A stretch of DNA of 64,000 nucleotides from Kofleriaceae bacterium. Lineage in GTDB: Bacteria; Myxococcota_A; Polyangia; Haliangiales; Haliangiaceae. The first letter of the stretch is position 1, and every line of letters starts with the position of its first letter. The position numbers and the translations under genes are program-made. Shown here piece after piece: positions 53,614 through 64,000 of this stretch. The notes beneath the pieces were generated by a model. The model was given only the letters and a program-made list of their open reading frames with translations. It had not been told where the DNA came from and ran no database searches. Location of the stretch: contig CBDCCZ010000018.1 in NCBI GenBank assembly GCA_965215005.1, forward strand, positions 1-64,000. Reading direction: 5' to 3'.

Positions 53614-54759
53614 TCAGCGAAACGCGTCCCATAAAATAATCGCTGCGACGAGCAGTGTCGCCACCACGGCCAGCGTCCAGCTCAAGAGTCCCAATCGTTC
53701 GCGCTCGGCGAGCGCACGCGCGGCGGGCCCGGTTAGATCGCCCGCGGCGGGCTCCCGAGTGACGGGTTCGTCGCCTAGCGCCAGCAATCGGCGCGTCCCG
53801 GGGACCGCGGGGCCGCCGGGGTCGTCGACCAGCCCAATGCGCGCCGCCAGTCGCCGAGCCACGCGCGAGGTGGTGGTCAGCGCGCGCTGGCCTTCTTCCA
53901 TGGGATCGAGCTCGACGAACCGCGGCGGCTCCTCCGGTCGCGGCGGCAGCAAGCCGTCGCCCTGCCAAAACGTCACCACCGCGGTGATGTTGTCGGGCCC
54001 GCCGCGGGCACGGGCGGCGGCGAGTAGCGCCTCGGCGGCGGCGCTCGGCTCCTGGGCGGCAACGAGCAGCTCGGTGATGACGTCATCGCCGAGGGGGCCG
54101 TAGAGGCCATCGGTGCACAGCAGCAGGCGATCGCCGCAGCGCAGCTCGGCGGTGGACAGCGCCACCTCGACGTCGTCGGCGGTGCCCAACGCCTGCAGAA
54201 TGGCGTGAGCGCCGGGCACGTTGGCGGCCTCTTCCGCGGTCATGCCGCCGGCATGCACCAGCGCCGAGGCCACCGACTGATCGCGGGTTAGCTGCACCAG
54301 CGCCCCTGCGCGCAACAAGTAGGCGCGAGAGTCGCCGACCTGCGCGAGCAGCACGGTGCTGCCGGCGAGGGCCGCCGCCGATAGCGTGGTGCCCATCCCG
54401 CGCAGCGGCGCCTCCCGTCTGCCCTGCTCGCGCACCCGGCGGTTGGCCACCCGCACCGCACGCCGCAGCTGGCGCGCCAGCACCACCGGCTCGGCAGTCG
54501 CCGCGGACTCGCGCATCTCGGCCCACACCACCACCGCCGCCAGCTCGCTGGCCACGTCGCCGGCAGCGGCGCCGCCCATGCCATCGCAAACCACCCATAG
54601 CGGTCCGCGAGCGCCCACGACCAGCTCGACACTTTGCTCCCACGGCCAGCGCTCACCGCTGTCGAGGTCGCCAGCGACGACGAAATCCTCATTGCGATCG
54701 CGAACGTTGCCGATATCGGTTCGGGCGCACGCGCGCACTTGCACGCCGGATGGAGTCAC
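53614..54759 (-). CDS. PP2C/PPM Ser/Thr phosphatase with C-terminal TM
   Basis: TDIGNVRDRNED, CDGMGG, GMGTT, VGDSRAY, CTDGL, GGPDNIT; GTG 54759 overlaps the upstream TGA. Confidence 0.92.
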   Translation of the reverse strand: MTPSGVQVRACARTDIGNVRDRNEDFVVAGDLDSGERWPWEQSVELVVGARGPLWVVCDGMGGAAAGDVASELAAVVVWAEMRESAATAEPVVLARQLRRAVRVANRRVREQGRREAPLRGMGTTLSAAALAGSTVLLAQVGDSRAYLLRAGALVQLTRDQSVASALVHAGGMTAEEAANVPGAHAILQALGTADDVEVALSTAELRCGDRLLLCTDGLYGPLGDDVITELLVAAQEPSAAAEALLAAARARGGPDNITAVVTFWQGDGLLPPRPEEPPRFVELDPMEEGQRALTTTSRVARRLAARIGLVDDPGGPAVPGTRRLLALGDEPVTREPAAGDLTGPAARALAERERLGLLSWTLAVVATLLVAAIILWDAFR

Positions 54760-56063
54760 GACTCGAAGCGGAAGAGCTGGTCGCCGAGGCGCAGGTGCAC
54801 GCCGTCGACGAGCTCGATCGGCCGCGGGATCCGCAAGTAGGTGCCATTGGAGCTTTGCAGATCCTCGACCTCGAAGGCGTGGCCACGACGGCGAAACGCC
54901 GCGTGCGCGCGCGATAAAAATTGGTCGTCGCGATAGACCAGCTCGCCTTCTTCGCGGCCCAAAATGACTTCGTCGGCGACCAAATGGCGAATATCGCGCA
55001 CGCCGCCGCTCGGCAACAGCTGCAGGAGTCGGCCCCATGGACGCCGCGGCGGCGATCCGAAGAGCGCCACGCCGTGACGAACCAGCGGCGCCGGTTCCTG
55101 CTCGTCCTCGTCCACGCGCTCAAAGCGCAGTACTTCGCGTCCCAGCAGCAACGTTGCGCCATGCTCCAGTGCTGCGGTGCCGGCAACTCGACGAAAGACG
55201 CCGTTGAAGGTATCGAGCGGCACGAGCCGCGGGCCGCGCTCGAAGCGGGCGTGGGCGCGGGCCAAGAAGCGATCCTCTTCGAAGGTGATGTCCGCCCCGG
55301 CGCGGCCGACGACCACGAAATCCTCGGCGAGCGGATAACGCACGCCATCGCTGCCGTCGCGGTTGACGGCCACCAGCGTGGCCCAAGCGAGTGCGGCTGC
55401 CGGGTTGCTGGCGGGATCGCGAGCTCCATAAGGAGGCGCGCCGTAGCTGCCGGGCGGTGGCGTTGGCCGGCGCGTGCCTTGGGAATTCGTTCCGATGTTG
55501 GGTTGCTGAGCCGAAGAGAACGCCTGCCCCGGCGCGCGCGTGGCAGGCGAGCTGGGCGCGGCCCCCGAGGCAGGCGCGGGTACAGCTCTAGGCGCAGCGC
55601 TGGGAGCCGGGATCACCGCCGCCCTGGGGGCGGCCAGCGTGGCGGCGATGGCGCTCGCGGCGGCAGCGCTGGGCTCCCCCTCGGGGGGCAGCTTGCCACC
55701 ACATTGTTGGCAAAATGCGAACCCGCCCGGGGTTTGCTGGCTGCAGGTGGGGCAAGTTCGGGTCGGCGAGGTGGCGGCGCTGCGGCTGCCCGTCACCATG
55801 TCGGCTGGCGACGGCATGCGATGCGCTTGGGAATCGGGCTGCGAGCGCGGGCTCAACGTCGTGCCGCAGTTGCGGCAGAAGTTCATCCCCGGGGCATTGG
55901 CGGTGGCACAGGCGGGGCAGCGCACCTCGCCGGGCAACCCTTGCGGCGCCGCGGGCGTCTCACGAGCGGCCGCCGGAGCCGGCTGGCTTGCGAGGCGGGT
56001 CCCACAGTTGAGACAGAAGACCGAGCCATTGGGATTGACGTGACCGCAGTTGGGACAACGCAT
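54756..56063 (-). CDS. Protein with three zinc ribbons, a Pro/Ala linker and two FHA domains
   Basis: Three CPxC..FCxxCG units; VVGR..ARAHA..NG and LGRE..SRAHA..SSNGT. Confidence 0.88.
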   Translation of the reverse strand: MRCPNCGHVNPNGSVFCLNCGTRLASQPAPAAARETPAAPQGLPGEVRCPACATANAPGMNFCRNCGTTLSPRSQPDSQAHRMPSPADMVTGSRSAATSPTRTCPTCSQQTPGGFAFCQQCGGKLPPEGEPSAAAASAIAATLAAPRAAVIPAPSAAPRAVPAPASGAAPSSPATRAPGQAFSSAQQPNIGTNSQGTRRPTPPPGSYGAPPYGARDPASNPAAALAWATLVAVNRDGSDGVRYPLAEDFVVVGRAGADITFEEDRFLARAHARFERGPRLVPLDTFNGVFRRVAGTAALEHGATLLLGREVLRFERVDEDEQEPAPLVRHGVALFGSPPRRPWGRLLQLLPSGGVRDIRHLVADEVILGREEGELVYRDDQFLSRAHAAFRRRGHAFEVEDLQSSNGTYLRIPRPIELVDGVHLRLGDQLFRFES

Positions 56064-56192
56064 CAGCTCACCACGTTTCCAGGTGCCAGTCGGTTAGGTT
56101 GCCTAATTGCGTTCGCACTCGGCTTGCGCTAAGACCGCCTGCCGAGCTCGTGCAAGGTAGCAGGATAATCAGAAAAAGGGCAAGTCATTCCC

Positions 56193-57707
56193 GTGGTTAG
56201 CTATTCTCTTAGGAGACCGCTCGGCGGTGTCTGCGCGGTCCTCGCCGCTGCCGTGACGATGCTCGCATGCAGCTCACCAGCGGTGCGCACGGCGCCATTC
56301 CGCGCCCGCCCCGATTCCGTGGAGACTGGAAATCTGCGCGGCCCGTTCGACGGTCGCGTGGTCGATGCCAGCACCGGCGACCCGGTTGCCGGCGCGCTGG
56401 TGTACGCCACGTGGAGCTTTGAGCGCGGGCTCGGGCTGCCGCAACCTGCCGGCTACCGCGAGCACGTGACCACCACCGACACCAGCGGCCGCTATCGGAT
56501 TCCGCGCCAGACCGACCTGCCCGACGACGCCCGGCTCAGCGACTTTGCGCTGGTCATCTACAAGCGCGGCTACGTCGGCTACCGCAGCGATCGGCGATTC
56601 GTCGACCTCAGCGCGCGGCTGGATTTTGCCCAGCGCGCCAACCAGGTCGAGCTCGAGCGCTGGCGCAGCGACTTCTCGCACGCGCGGCATCTGCGCTACG
56701 TCGGCGGCGGTGCTCCCATCGCCTCGCTCACCGCCTGGGAGGTCGACGAAGCGGCCGCCGAGCGTAGCGGGCTCGGCGCTGAGCAGGTGAGCAGCGAGCT
56801 GCTTCCCGGGCGCGGAAGCGGGCCTTACGTGGTGGCGGCGCAGCTTCTCAGCGAGAGTGAAATCAAAGACATCACCGGCTACGACGGCGCCTTCGAGACC
56901 GGCCCGCTCGGCGATGAGCCCGATACCACGAGCTATAGCTCGCAACACTTCAAGGCGCTGGGGCGCGATGAAGGCTACGACGTAGCGCTGCGGGTGTGGC
57001 GACTCGAGCCCGAGGAGGCAACGCAGCGTTACCAGGAGTTGGCCGACACCCTGCCGGGAGTCGAGCTTCGTGATGACCTCGCGACGCGTTCGCTGCGAGC
57101 GACCGAAGACAACATCTTTGGCATCGCGTTCGTCGACCAGCCGCGCGGGCTGGTCACGCTGCTCACGTGTGGTCGGGCGCAGTGCAGCAGCGCCGAGGTG
57201 GCGGCGACCTTGGCGGCGCGGGCGTACGACAAGGTGGTCGCGCGATGGCCGGTCGAGGCAGGTGAGAGCAGCGCGCCCCCCGGTAGCCAGAAATCGGGCC
57301 TTCCAGGACTCGGTGCGCCCGGGGGCGGCGCCGTGCCTGGCGGCGACTCCGGCGACTCCGGCGACTCCGGCGACTCCGGCGACTCCGGCGACGATGAGTC
57401 GGGTGTGCCGGTTCCCGAGGCGACTCCAGAGGTCCCGCCGCCGGCGCCGGCAACGCCCGAATCCAATCCCGCGCCGGCAGCCCCGGTTCCCACGAAGCCC
57501 GCGCCCACTCCCGCGCCCGCGCCCGCAGCGCCGGCCCCCAAGAAGCCCACTCCCGCGCCCGCCCCCGCAGCGCCTGCGCCCGCGCCCGCAGCGCCGACTC
57601 CCACGAAACCCGCGCCCGCAGCGCCTGCGCCCGCCCCCGCAGCGCCCGCGCCCGCAGCGCCGACCCCCACGCGCTCGCAATCGCGCCTGCCCCCATCGAC
57701 GAGGTGA
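56193..57707 (+). CDS. Lipoprotein with carboxypeptidase-regulatory-like domain and Pro/Ala-rich tail
   Basis: Lipobox MLAC; GRVVDASTGDPVAGALV...TDTSGRY; low-complexity C-terminus. Confidence 0.78.
   Translation: MVSYSLRRPLGGVCAVLAAAVTMLACSSPAVRTAPFRARPDSVETGNLRGPFDGRVVDASTGDPVAGALVYATWSFERGLGLPQPAGYREHVTTTDTSGRYRIPRQTDLPDDARLSDFALVIYKRGYVGYRSDRRFVDLSARLDFAQRANQVELERWRSDFSHARHLRYVGGGAPIASLTAWEVDEAAAERSGLGAEQVSSELLPGRGSGPYVVAAQLLSESEIKDITGYDGAFETGPLGDEPDTTSYSSQHFKALGRDEGYDVALRVWRLEPEEATQRYQELADTLPGVELRDDLATRSLRATEDNIFGIAFVDQPRGLVTLLTCGRAQCSSAEVAATLAARAYDKVVARWPVEAGESSAPPGSQKSGLPGLGAPGGGAVPGGDSGDSGDSGDSGDSGDDESGVPVPEATPEVPPPAPATPESNPAPAAPVPTKPAPTPAPAPAAPAPKKPTPAPAPAAPAPAPAAPTPTKPAPAAPAPAPAAPAPAAPTPTRSQSRLPPSTR
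57342..57392. repeat. 9-bp tandem repeat (GGCGACTCC) x5 plus a partial unit
   Basis: Directly visible; encodes (GDS)5. Confidence 0.92.
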
Positions 57708-57714
57708 ACGAGTG

Positions 57715-59136
57715 ATGAAGCAAGCGATCGCTATGGTGCTGCTGGTGGCTATCGCGGCGCCCGTGCACGCGTGGGAGCCAGAGACCACCCACGCCGGGCT
57801 CACCGAGCGCGCCGCCGAGCGCTCCCAGCTCCACGAGCGCCTGCGCGAGCAGCTCGGCTACGAGCGCGGCTTGTACGCGGCGCTCATCGTGCCGCCGCCC
57901 GACGCGCCGGAGCTGTTCGCGATCTTGGCCCGCCTCAATCCCACCCATGGGTATGTTCCCGACGCCCGCGGCCGCCAACTCGCTCTCGGCTGGCTGACCG
58001 CCGGATCCGTACTCGCAGAGGTGCCCGCGCGGCTCGCAGCCAACCATTTCTTCGACCCCACGTCCGGCACCGGCCTCACCGCGGCCACCATCCGCGGCTT
58101 TCGCAGCCGGCTCCGCAACGCGCTCCTCGGTCGGCTCGCGGGCGACGACGTTCCGACCTCGGGCATCCCAGCGCCGCAGTGGCTCGATCACCCCGATAAC
58201 CCCATGGGTCTGCGCAGCTTCTGGACTCAATACGCCAACGCGGTGAGCGCGGCGAGCCCGGCGGAGCGCGACCGCGCCCTGGCCAGCGCGCTGCTGGCAG
58301 CTGGGGCCATGCTCCACGTCCTGCAGGACATGGGCTCGCCGTCGCACGCGCGCAACGACCTTGCCGCGCATCTCGAGCGCCTCGGCTCCACCACGGATCG
58401 CGGCTCGCGCCTGGAGCGCATCGCCGCCCTCGCCTTTGGCCGTCTCGGCGTACCTGCCGCCGCCAAGCCCGTCACCGCCGCCTCGGCACCCGCGTTTCTC
58501 ACCAGCGCCGACGGCACTGGCTTGGCCGACCTCACCGCCCGCAGCTGGTTCTCCCCCTACACGCTGCCCACCGCCGTCGAGGCGGAGCGCCGGACTCCCA
58601 GTAACGTGCTAGCGACGCGCCTTGCCCGCGCTACGCGGCGTCCAGCCCCGATACCGCCGGGTCGGCTCGACCTCATGCGCGCGCTGCGTGCCGCGCACGG
58701 CGCCCGGCTTGAGAACGACCACGGCACCTGCGTCGCGGCCTATCGACTCGAGGATGAGCAACTCACGTGGCTTCTCGACGACAGCTGCGTGCTCGAGCAG
58801 GTCGCCGAGATCCTGCCCCAGGTCGGCGCCTATGGAGCCGGATTTCTGGACTACCTGTTTCGCGCCGCTCCCACCATCGTCCTAGACGGCGCGCCGCGGG
58901 TAGTCGCCGGTGGCACCGACTTCGGCCCCGGCACGGTGCAGCTCTTTAGCGAAGACACCGCCGGCGCGCGCACTGCCGTCGGTGCCCCCCTTGCGGTCAC
59001 CGGTGCCCGTGCCGGCGCGGTGCTCACCCATCTGCCCGCGCTGCCCGCCGGCGCTCGCCGCTTCGCCATCCTCTATCGCGGTGTCGACGCCAGCGGCCAG
59101 CCGCTCCTTGGTAGCGCCACCGCCAACGTTCCCTAG
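57715..59136 (+). CDS. Secreted Zn-dependent phospholipase C / S1-P1 nuclease-like protein
   Basis: Signal peptide ending VHA; mature N-terminus W-E-P-E-T-T-H; NHFFDP; LHVLQDMGSPSH. Confidence 0.65.
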   Translation: MKQAIAMVLLVAIAAPVHAWEPETTHAGLTERAAERSQLHERLREQLGYERGLYAALIVPPPDAPELFAILARLNPTHGYVPDARGRQLALGWLTAGSVLAEVPARLAANHFFDPTSGTGLTAATIRGFRSRLRNALLGRLAGDDVPTSGIPAPQWLDHPDNPMGLRSFWTQYANAVSAASPAERDRALASALLAAGAMLHVLQDMGSPSHARNDLAAHLERLGSTTDRGSRLERIAALAFGRLGVPAAAKPVTAASAPAFLTSADGTGLADLTARSWFSPYTLPTAVEAERRTPSNVLATRLARATRRPAPIPPGRLDLMRALRAAHGARLENDHGTCVAAYRLEDEQLTWLLDDSCVLEQVAEILPQVGAYGAGFLDYLFRAAPTIVLDGAPRVVAGGTDFGPGTVQLFSEDTAGARTAVGAPLAVTGARAGAVLTHLPALPAGARRFAILYRGVDASGQPLLGSATANVP

Positions 59137-59165
59137 CAGTCCTTCCCGCAGGCGCCTTTGGCCGG

Positions 59166-60109
59166 TTACACGGGGCGCAGCGGCGCCAGCCGGCGCAATA
59201 GCTCGAGCACGGGGAGATCGCGGGGAGTGAGGGCAGCCGCCAGCTCCGCGAGCTCGCGGGCACCGCGCACGTCGCCTTCGGCGAGCAGCGCTTCGGCGCC
59301 TTCTTTCTGTTCGCGAGCCAGCTCTGGGCCTGCAGCCAACGCCTTGGCAGCCAGCTCGGCGCGCCGCGGCTCATCGCCCACCGCCCGCGCCAGCCGCGCC
59401 GCCCACGCCCAAAAGAACGCCGCATGCTCCTCGCTCTGCTGCGCTTCGGCGGCGGTAACCGCCTCTTCGAGCGCTCCGTCTAGCTCGCCGAGCGCTTCGC
59501 TGCAGCGAGCCAACTCGAACCACGCCCAGGCAAAGCAGGGATCGAGATCAATGACCTCTTCGAGCTCTTCGCGAGCTTCCTCGAGCTTGCCCTCCTCGGC
59601 GAGAACCCGGGCCAGCCGCCACCGCGGCGCTGGCGCCTTGCGATCCCGCCGCAGCACCGCGCGACACTGAGCAATCTCGGTGGCGGCTAACTGCTCGCCT
59701 AGCTCCGAGTAGGTCGCGTCGGCGAACTCACCGTCTTTGTCGTAAAGTAGCGCCTCCGCTTCGAGCGTGCCCCATAGCCAGCGATCGAGGCGCGAGCCCT
59801 CGGCAAGAACCTCATCGGTGTCGGCTTCGCGCCGCCATACCCGGCCTTGCTCATCGACGAGCAAGGCGTCGCCAGACAGCTCGCCAAAGCACGTGCGCCC
59901 GTCGGCACCAACCCGCACCTGCCGTGAGGGTGTCACCTGGACCGTTTCGAAGAACATCTCCCCGCCGTCAAACTGCTTGTAGAGCTCGATCAACGCTGTT
60001 GGCAGCGCGGTGTCCACCACCGGCGCCGGCCCCCGCACCACGTGCACGCCCGCGGGATATCGTTTGAGGAGCGCGCGAATGCGCTCCCACGCGTCCGGCG
60101 GAGCGGCCA

Positions 60110-60110
<1 letters not shown>
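59166..60110 (-). CDS. SMI1/KNR4(SUKH)-like domain plus TPR protein
   Basis: LPTALIELYKQFDGG resembles the SUKH core; TPR repeats (AWAWFELARC); start overlaps the upstream ATPase stop. Confidence 0.6.
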
Positions 60111-62293
<2,183 letters not shown>

Positions 62294-62400
62294 GAACAGC
62301 CCCTGGCTAGCTCTTCCGGAAGGCGGCGTCCGCTCGACCCTAAGAGGGCTGAAACGTTACTAAAAATGCCGAAGCCAGGTCAAGCTGTGCAACGCGCGCT

Positions 62401-62574
62401 TCACAGCAGCTCGGCCGCGGAAGGCACCGGCGCGGATTGCTCAGGCGCTGCAATTGGCGGCTCCTCGGTCCACAGACCAGCGAGCGACTCGCCCCACACG
62501 ACCCAGCCGCCGACGAGAAAGAGGGTAAGCACCCAGAGCCCGATGACTACATCGTGCCACCGCGGTCGCACCAT
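62401..62574 (-). CDS. Small single-TM protein, possibly Flp-pilin-like
   Basis: 57-aa ORF from ATG 62574 with one hydrophobic helix followed by WGESLAGLW; lies upstream of the CpaF-like gene. Confidence 0.45.
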   Translation of the reverse strand: MVRPRWHDVVIGLWVLTLFLVGGWVVWGESLAGLWTEEPPIAAPEQSAPVPSAAELL

Positions 62575-62614
62575 CAACAAACGGTAGCACGCAGCGCTGC
62601 GAGCCGGGCATGAT

Positions 62615-63205
62615 GTGCTCATGAAGCGAACGCTCCTCCTCGCGAGCCTGGCGTGCTCGATGCTGCTCGCCGTCGCGTCCGGAACCAATGCCAAGCAAGC
62701 GCCGACGTACCTGTTTGCCGTTACCGACGTGACGCTAGCGGACGGCGTCTCGCAAACGGTTGCCAGCGCCGTGCGCCAGCGCCTCGATGCCGGCATCGCG
62801 GCCAGCCCACGTCTGGTCGCCAAGCTCGAAGGTGCGCCCGATCCGCAAGCCGAGCCAAAGCAGTTTGCGCGCTACTTGGCGCGCAACAACATGGCCGCCT
62901 ATCGCGTCAACGTAGAGGTCTTGGCGCATGAGCTGGCCATCGAGCCGATGCCGGCGCCGCGCAAGGGCAACTACGTCAAAGCCAGCGTGTCGCTGCGGGC
63001 TTTCGGCGAGACCATTCCTAAGCGCGTCATGGCGTTCACCGGTGAAGGCAGCGCGACGATCAAGATCGAAGTCGGCTCGCGGGTGCGCGAGCGCGACAAG
63101 GCGGTCGCTACCGATGAAGCGCTCGAGCTGGCAGTCGAGCAAGCGCTGGCAGAGTCAATTCGCAAGCTCGAGGCGCCCAAGGAGAAATCGGGAAAAAAGC
63201 CCTAA
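62615..63205 (+). CDS. Secreted hypothetical protein
   Basis: Signal peptide MKRTLLLASLA; protein-like composition. Confidence 0.7.
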   Translation: MLMKRTLLLASLACSMLLAVASGTNAKQAPTYLFAVTDVTLADGVSQTVASAVRQRLDAGIAASPRLVAKLEGAPDPQAEPKQFARYLARNNMAAYRVNVEVLAHELAIEPMPAPRKGNYVKASVSLRAFGETIPKRVMAFTGEGSATIKIEVGSRVRERDKAVATDEALELAVEQALAESIRKLEAPKEKSGKKP

Positions 63206-63276
63206 CAGCGCAGCGATCGCCGAGTCGCGCACCTCGGCGGCAATCATGCCGCGGCGGCGGACACCGAGCGCCCGCG

Positions 63277-64000
63277 GTGCGCGGCGTCGCGCTCGGACTT
63301 TGGGACCCTCCGCCTTATGACTCGGCGATTGCCGAGATTGCCGCCCTCGGAGCGACGCACATCGCGCTGGTGGTGAGCTGGCAACAGAGGGACATCCGCG
63401 CGCAGCGCATCCGGCCCGGTCCAGAAACCCCGAGCGATGCGGCGGTGCGCGAGGCGGTGCGCGTCGCGCATGCAGCGGGCCTGAAGGTGCTGGTGTTTCC
63501 CATCCTGGTCATCGAGCGCACGCGGCCGGGGCAGTGGCGCGGCACCCTTCGTCCCGCCGATCGCGACGGCTGGTGGCGGAGCTACGAGCAATTCATCTTG
63601 CACTACGCGAAAATCGCCGCGGCGGAAGAGGCGAGCGCGCTGCTCATCGGCAGCGAGCTCGGTTCCACCGAGACCTGGCGCGATCACTGGTATCACCTCA
63701 TCTCCCGCGTCGAGAGGCTCTATCGCGGCCGCTTGATCTACAGCGCCAACTGGGATCACTACCAGCAGGTGTCGTTTTGGCGGCGTCTCGACCAAATCGG
63801 CGTGACCGGCTACTTCCGACTCACCGACGATCAACGCGCTAGCACTGCCACGCTGGCGACGAGCTGGAAGCGAATCCGCGCTGAGCTGGTCGCGTTTGCT
63901 CGGGCGCAGGGCAAACCGCTTTGGCTCACCGAGGTCGGTTATCTGAGCCGCGATGGGGCCGCCATCGAGCCGTGGAACTACGTGCGCGATACTGCTGTCG
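63277..64000 (+). CDS. Glycoside hydrolase family 113-like protein, 3'-truncated; not in the ORF track
   Basis: Frame 1 reads AHAAGLKVLVFP, WRG, WWRSYEQFILHYA, IGSEL, YSANWD, IGVTGYF, KPLWLTEVGY. Confidence 0.85.
   Translation, partial: MRGVALGLWDPPPYDSAIAEIAALGATHIALVVSWQQRDIRAQRIRPGPETPSDAAVREAVRVAHAAGLKVLVFPILVIERTRPGQWRGTLRPADRDGWWRSYEQFILHYAKIAAAEEASALLIGSELGSTETWRDHWYHLISRVERLYRGRLIYSANWDHYQQVSFWRRLDQIGVTGYFRLTDDQRASTATLATSWKRIRAELVAFARAQGKPLWLTEVGYLSRDGAAIEPWNYVRDTAV

Noticed and set aside
57070..57714. N-terminal extensions in the ORF track (57070, 55038, 5455, 29788, 12814, 13925)
   Set aside because: They overlap upstream genes; downstream starts give signal peptides or stop/start coupling

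Overview
GC-rich bacterial DNA with a gene repertoire typical of Myxococcota: three Hanks Ser/Thr kinases, FHA, PEGA and TPR proteins, many lipoproteins, a TIGR04552-like protein and an ftsB + GAF-GAF-GGDEF pair. The taxon is inferred, not proven. The centre (about 20.6-42.3 kb) is an ABC-transporter-dependent (kps-type) capsule locus. It has a visibly lower-GC glycosyltransferase block and a kpsF-kpsM-kpsT-kpsE-kdsA-kdsC/kdsB fusion-kpsC-kpsS operon, with no kpsD in the window. The most striking gene encodes a 1511-aa protein joining an FkbM methyltransferase, a coiled coil, a GT2+GT45 module resembling heparosan synthase (PmHS1; KfiC+KfiA) and a further GT2. A short K-L-x-x-x-P-x-R-F motif recurs in three proteins of the locus. 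Also present are tandem FadL-like channels, a kinase/FHA/PP2C cluster, a degenerate FHA-CpaF ATPase, a Cys-less C45-like protein, tRNA-Ala(GGC), a Zn-PLC/P1-like secreted protein and a partial GH113. Several genes carry apparent single-base indels, which may be assembly errors. All family calls come from motif recognition; no searches were run.
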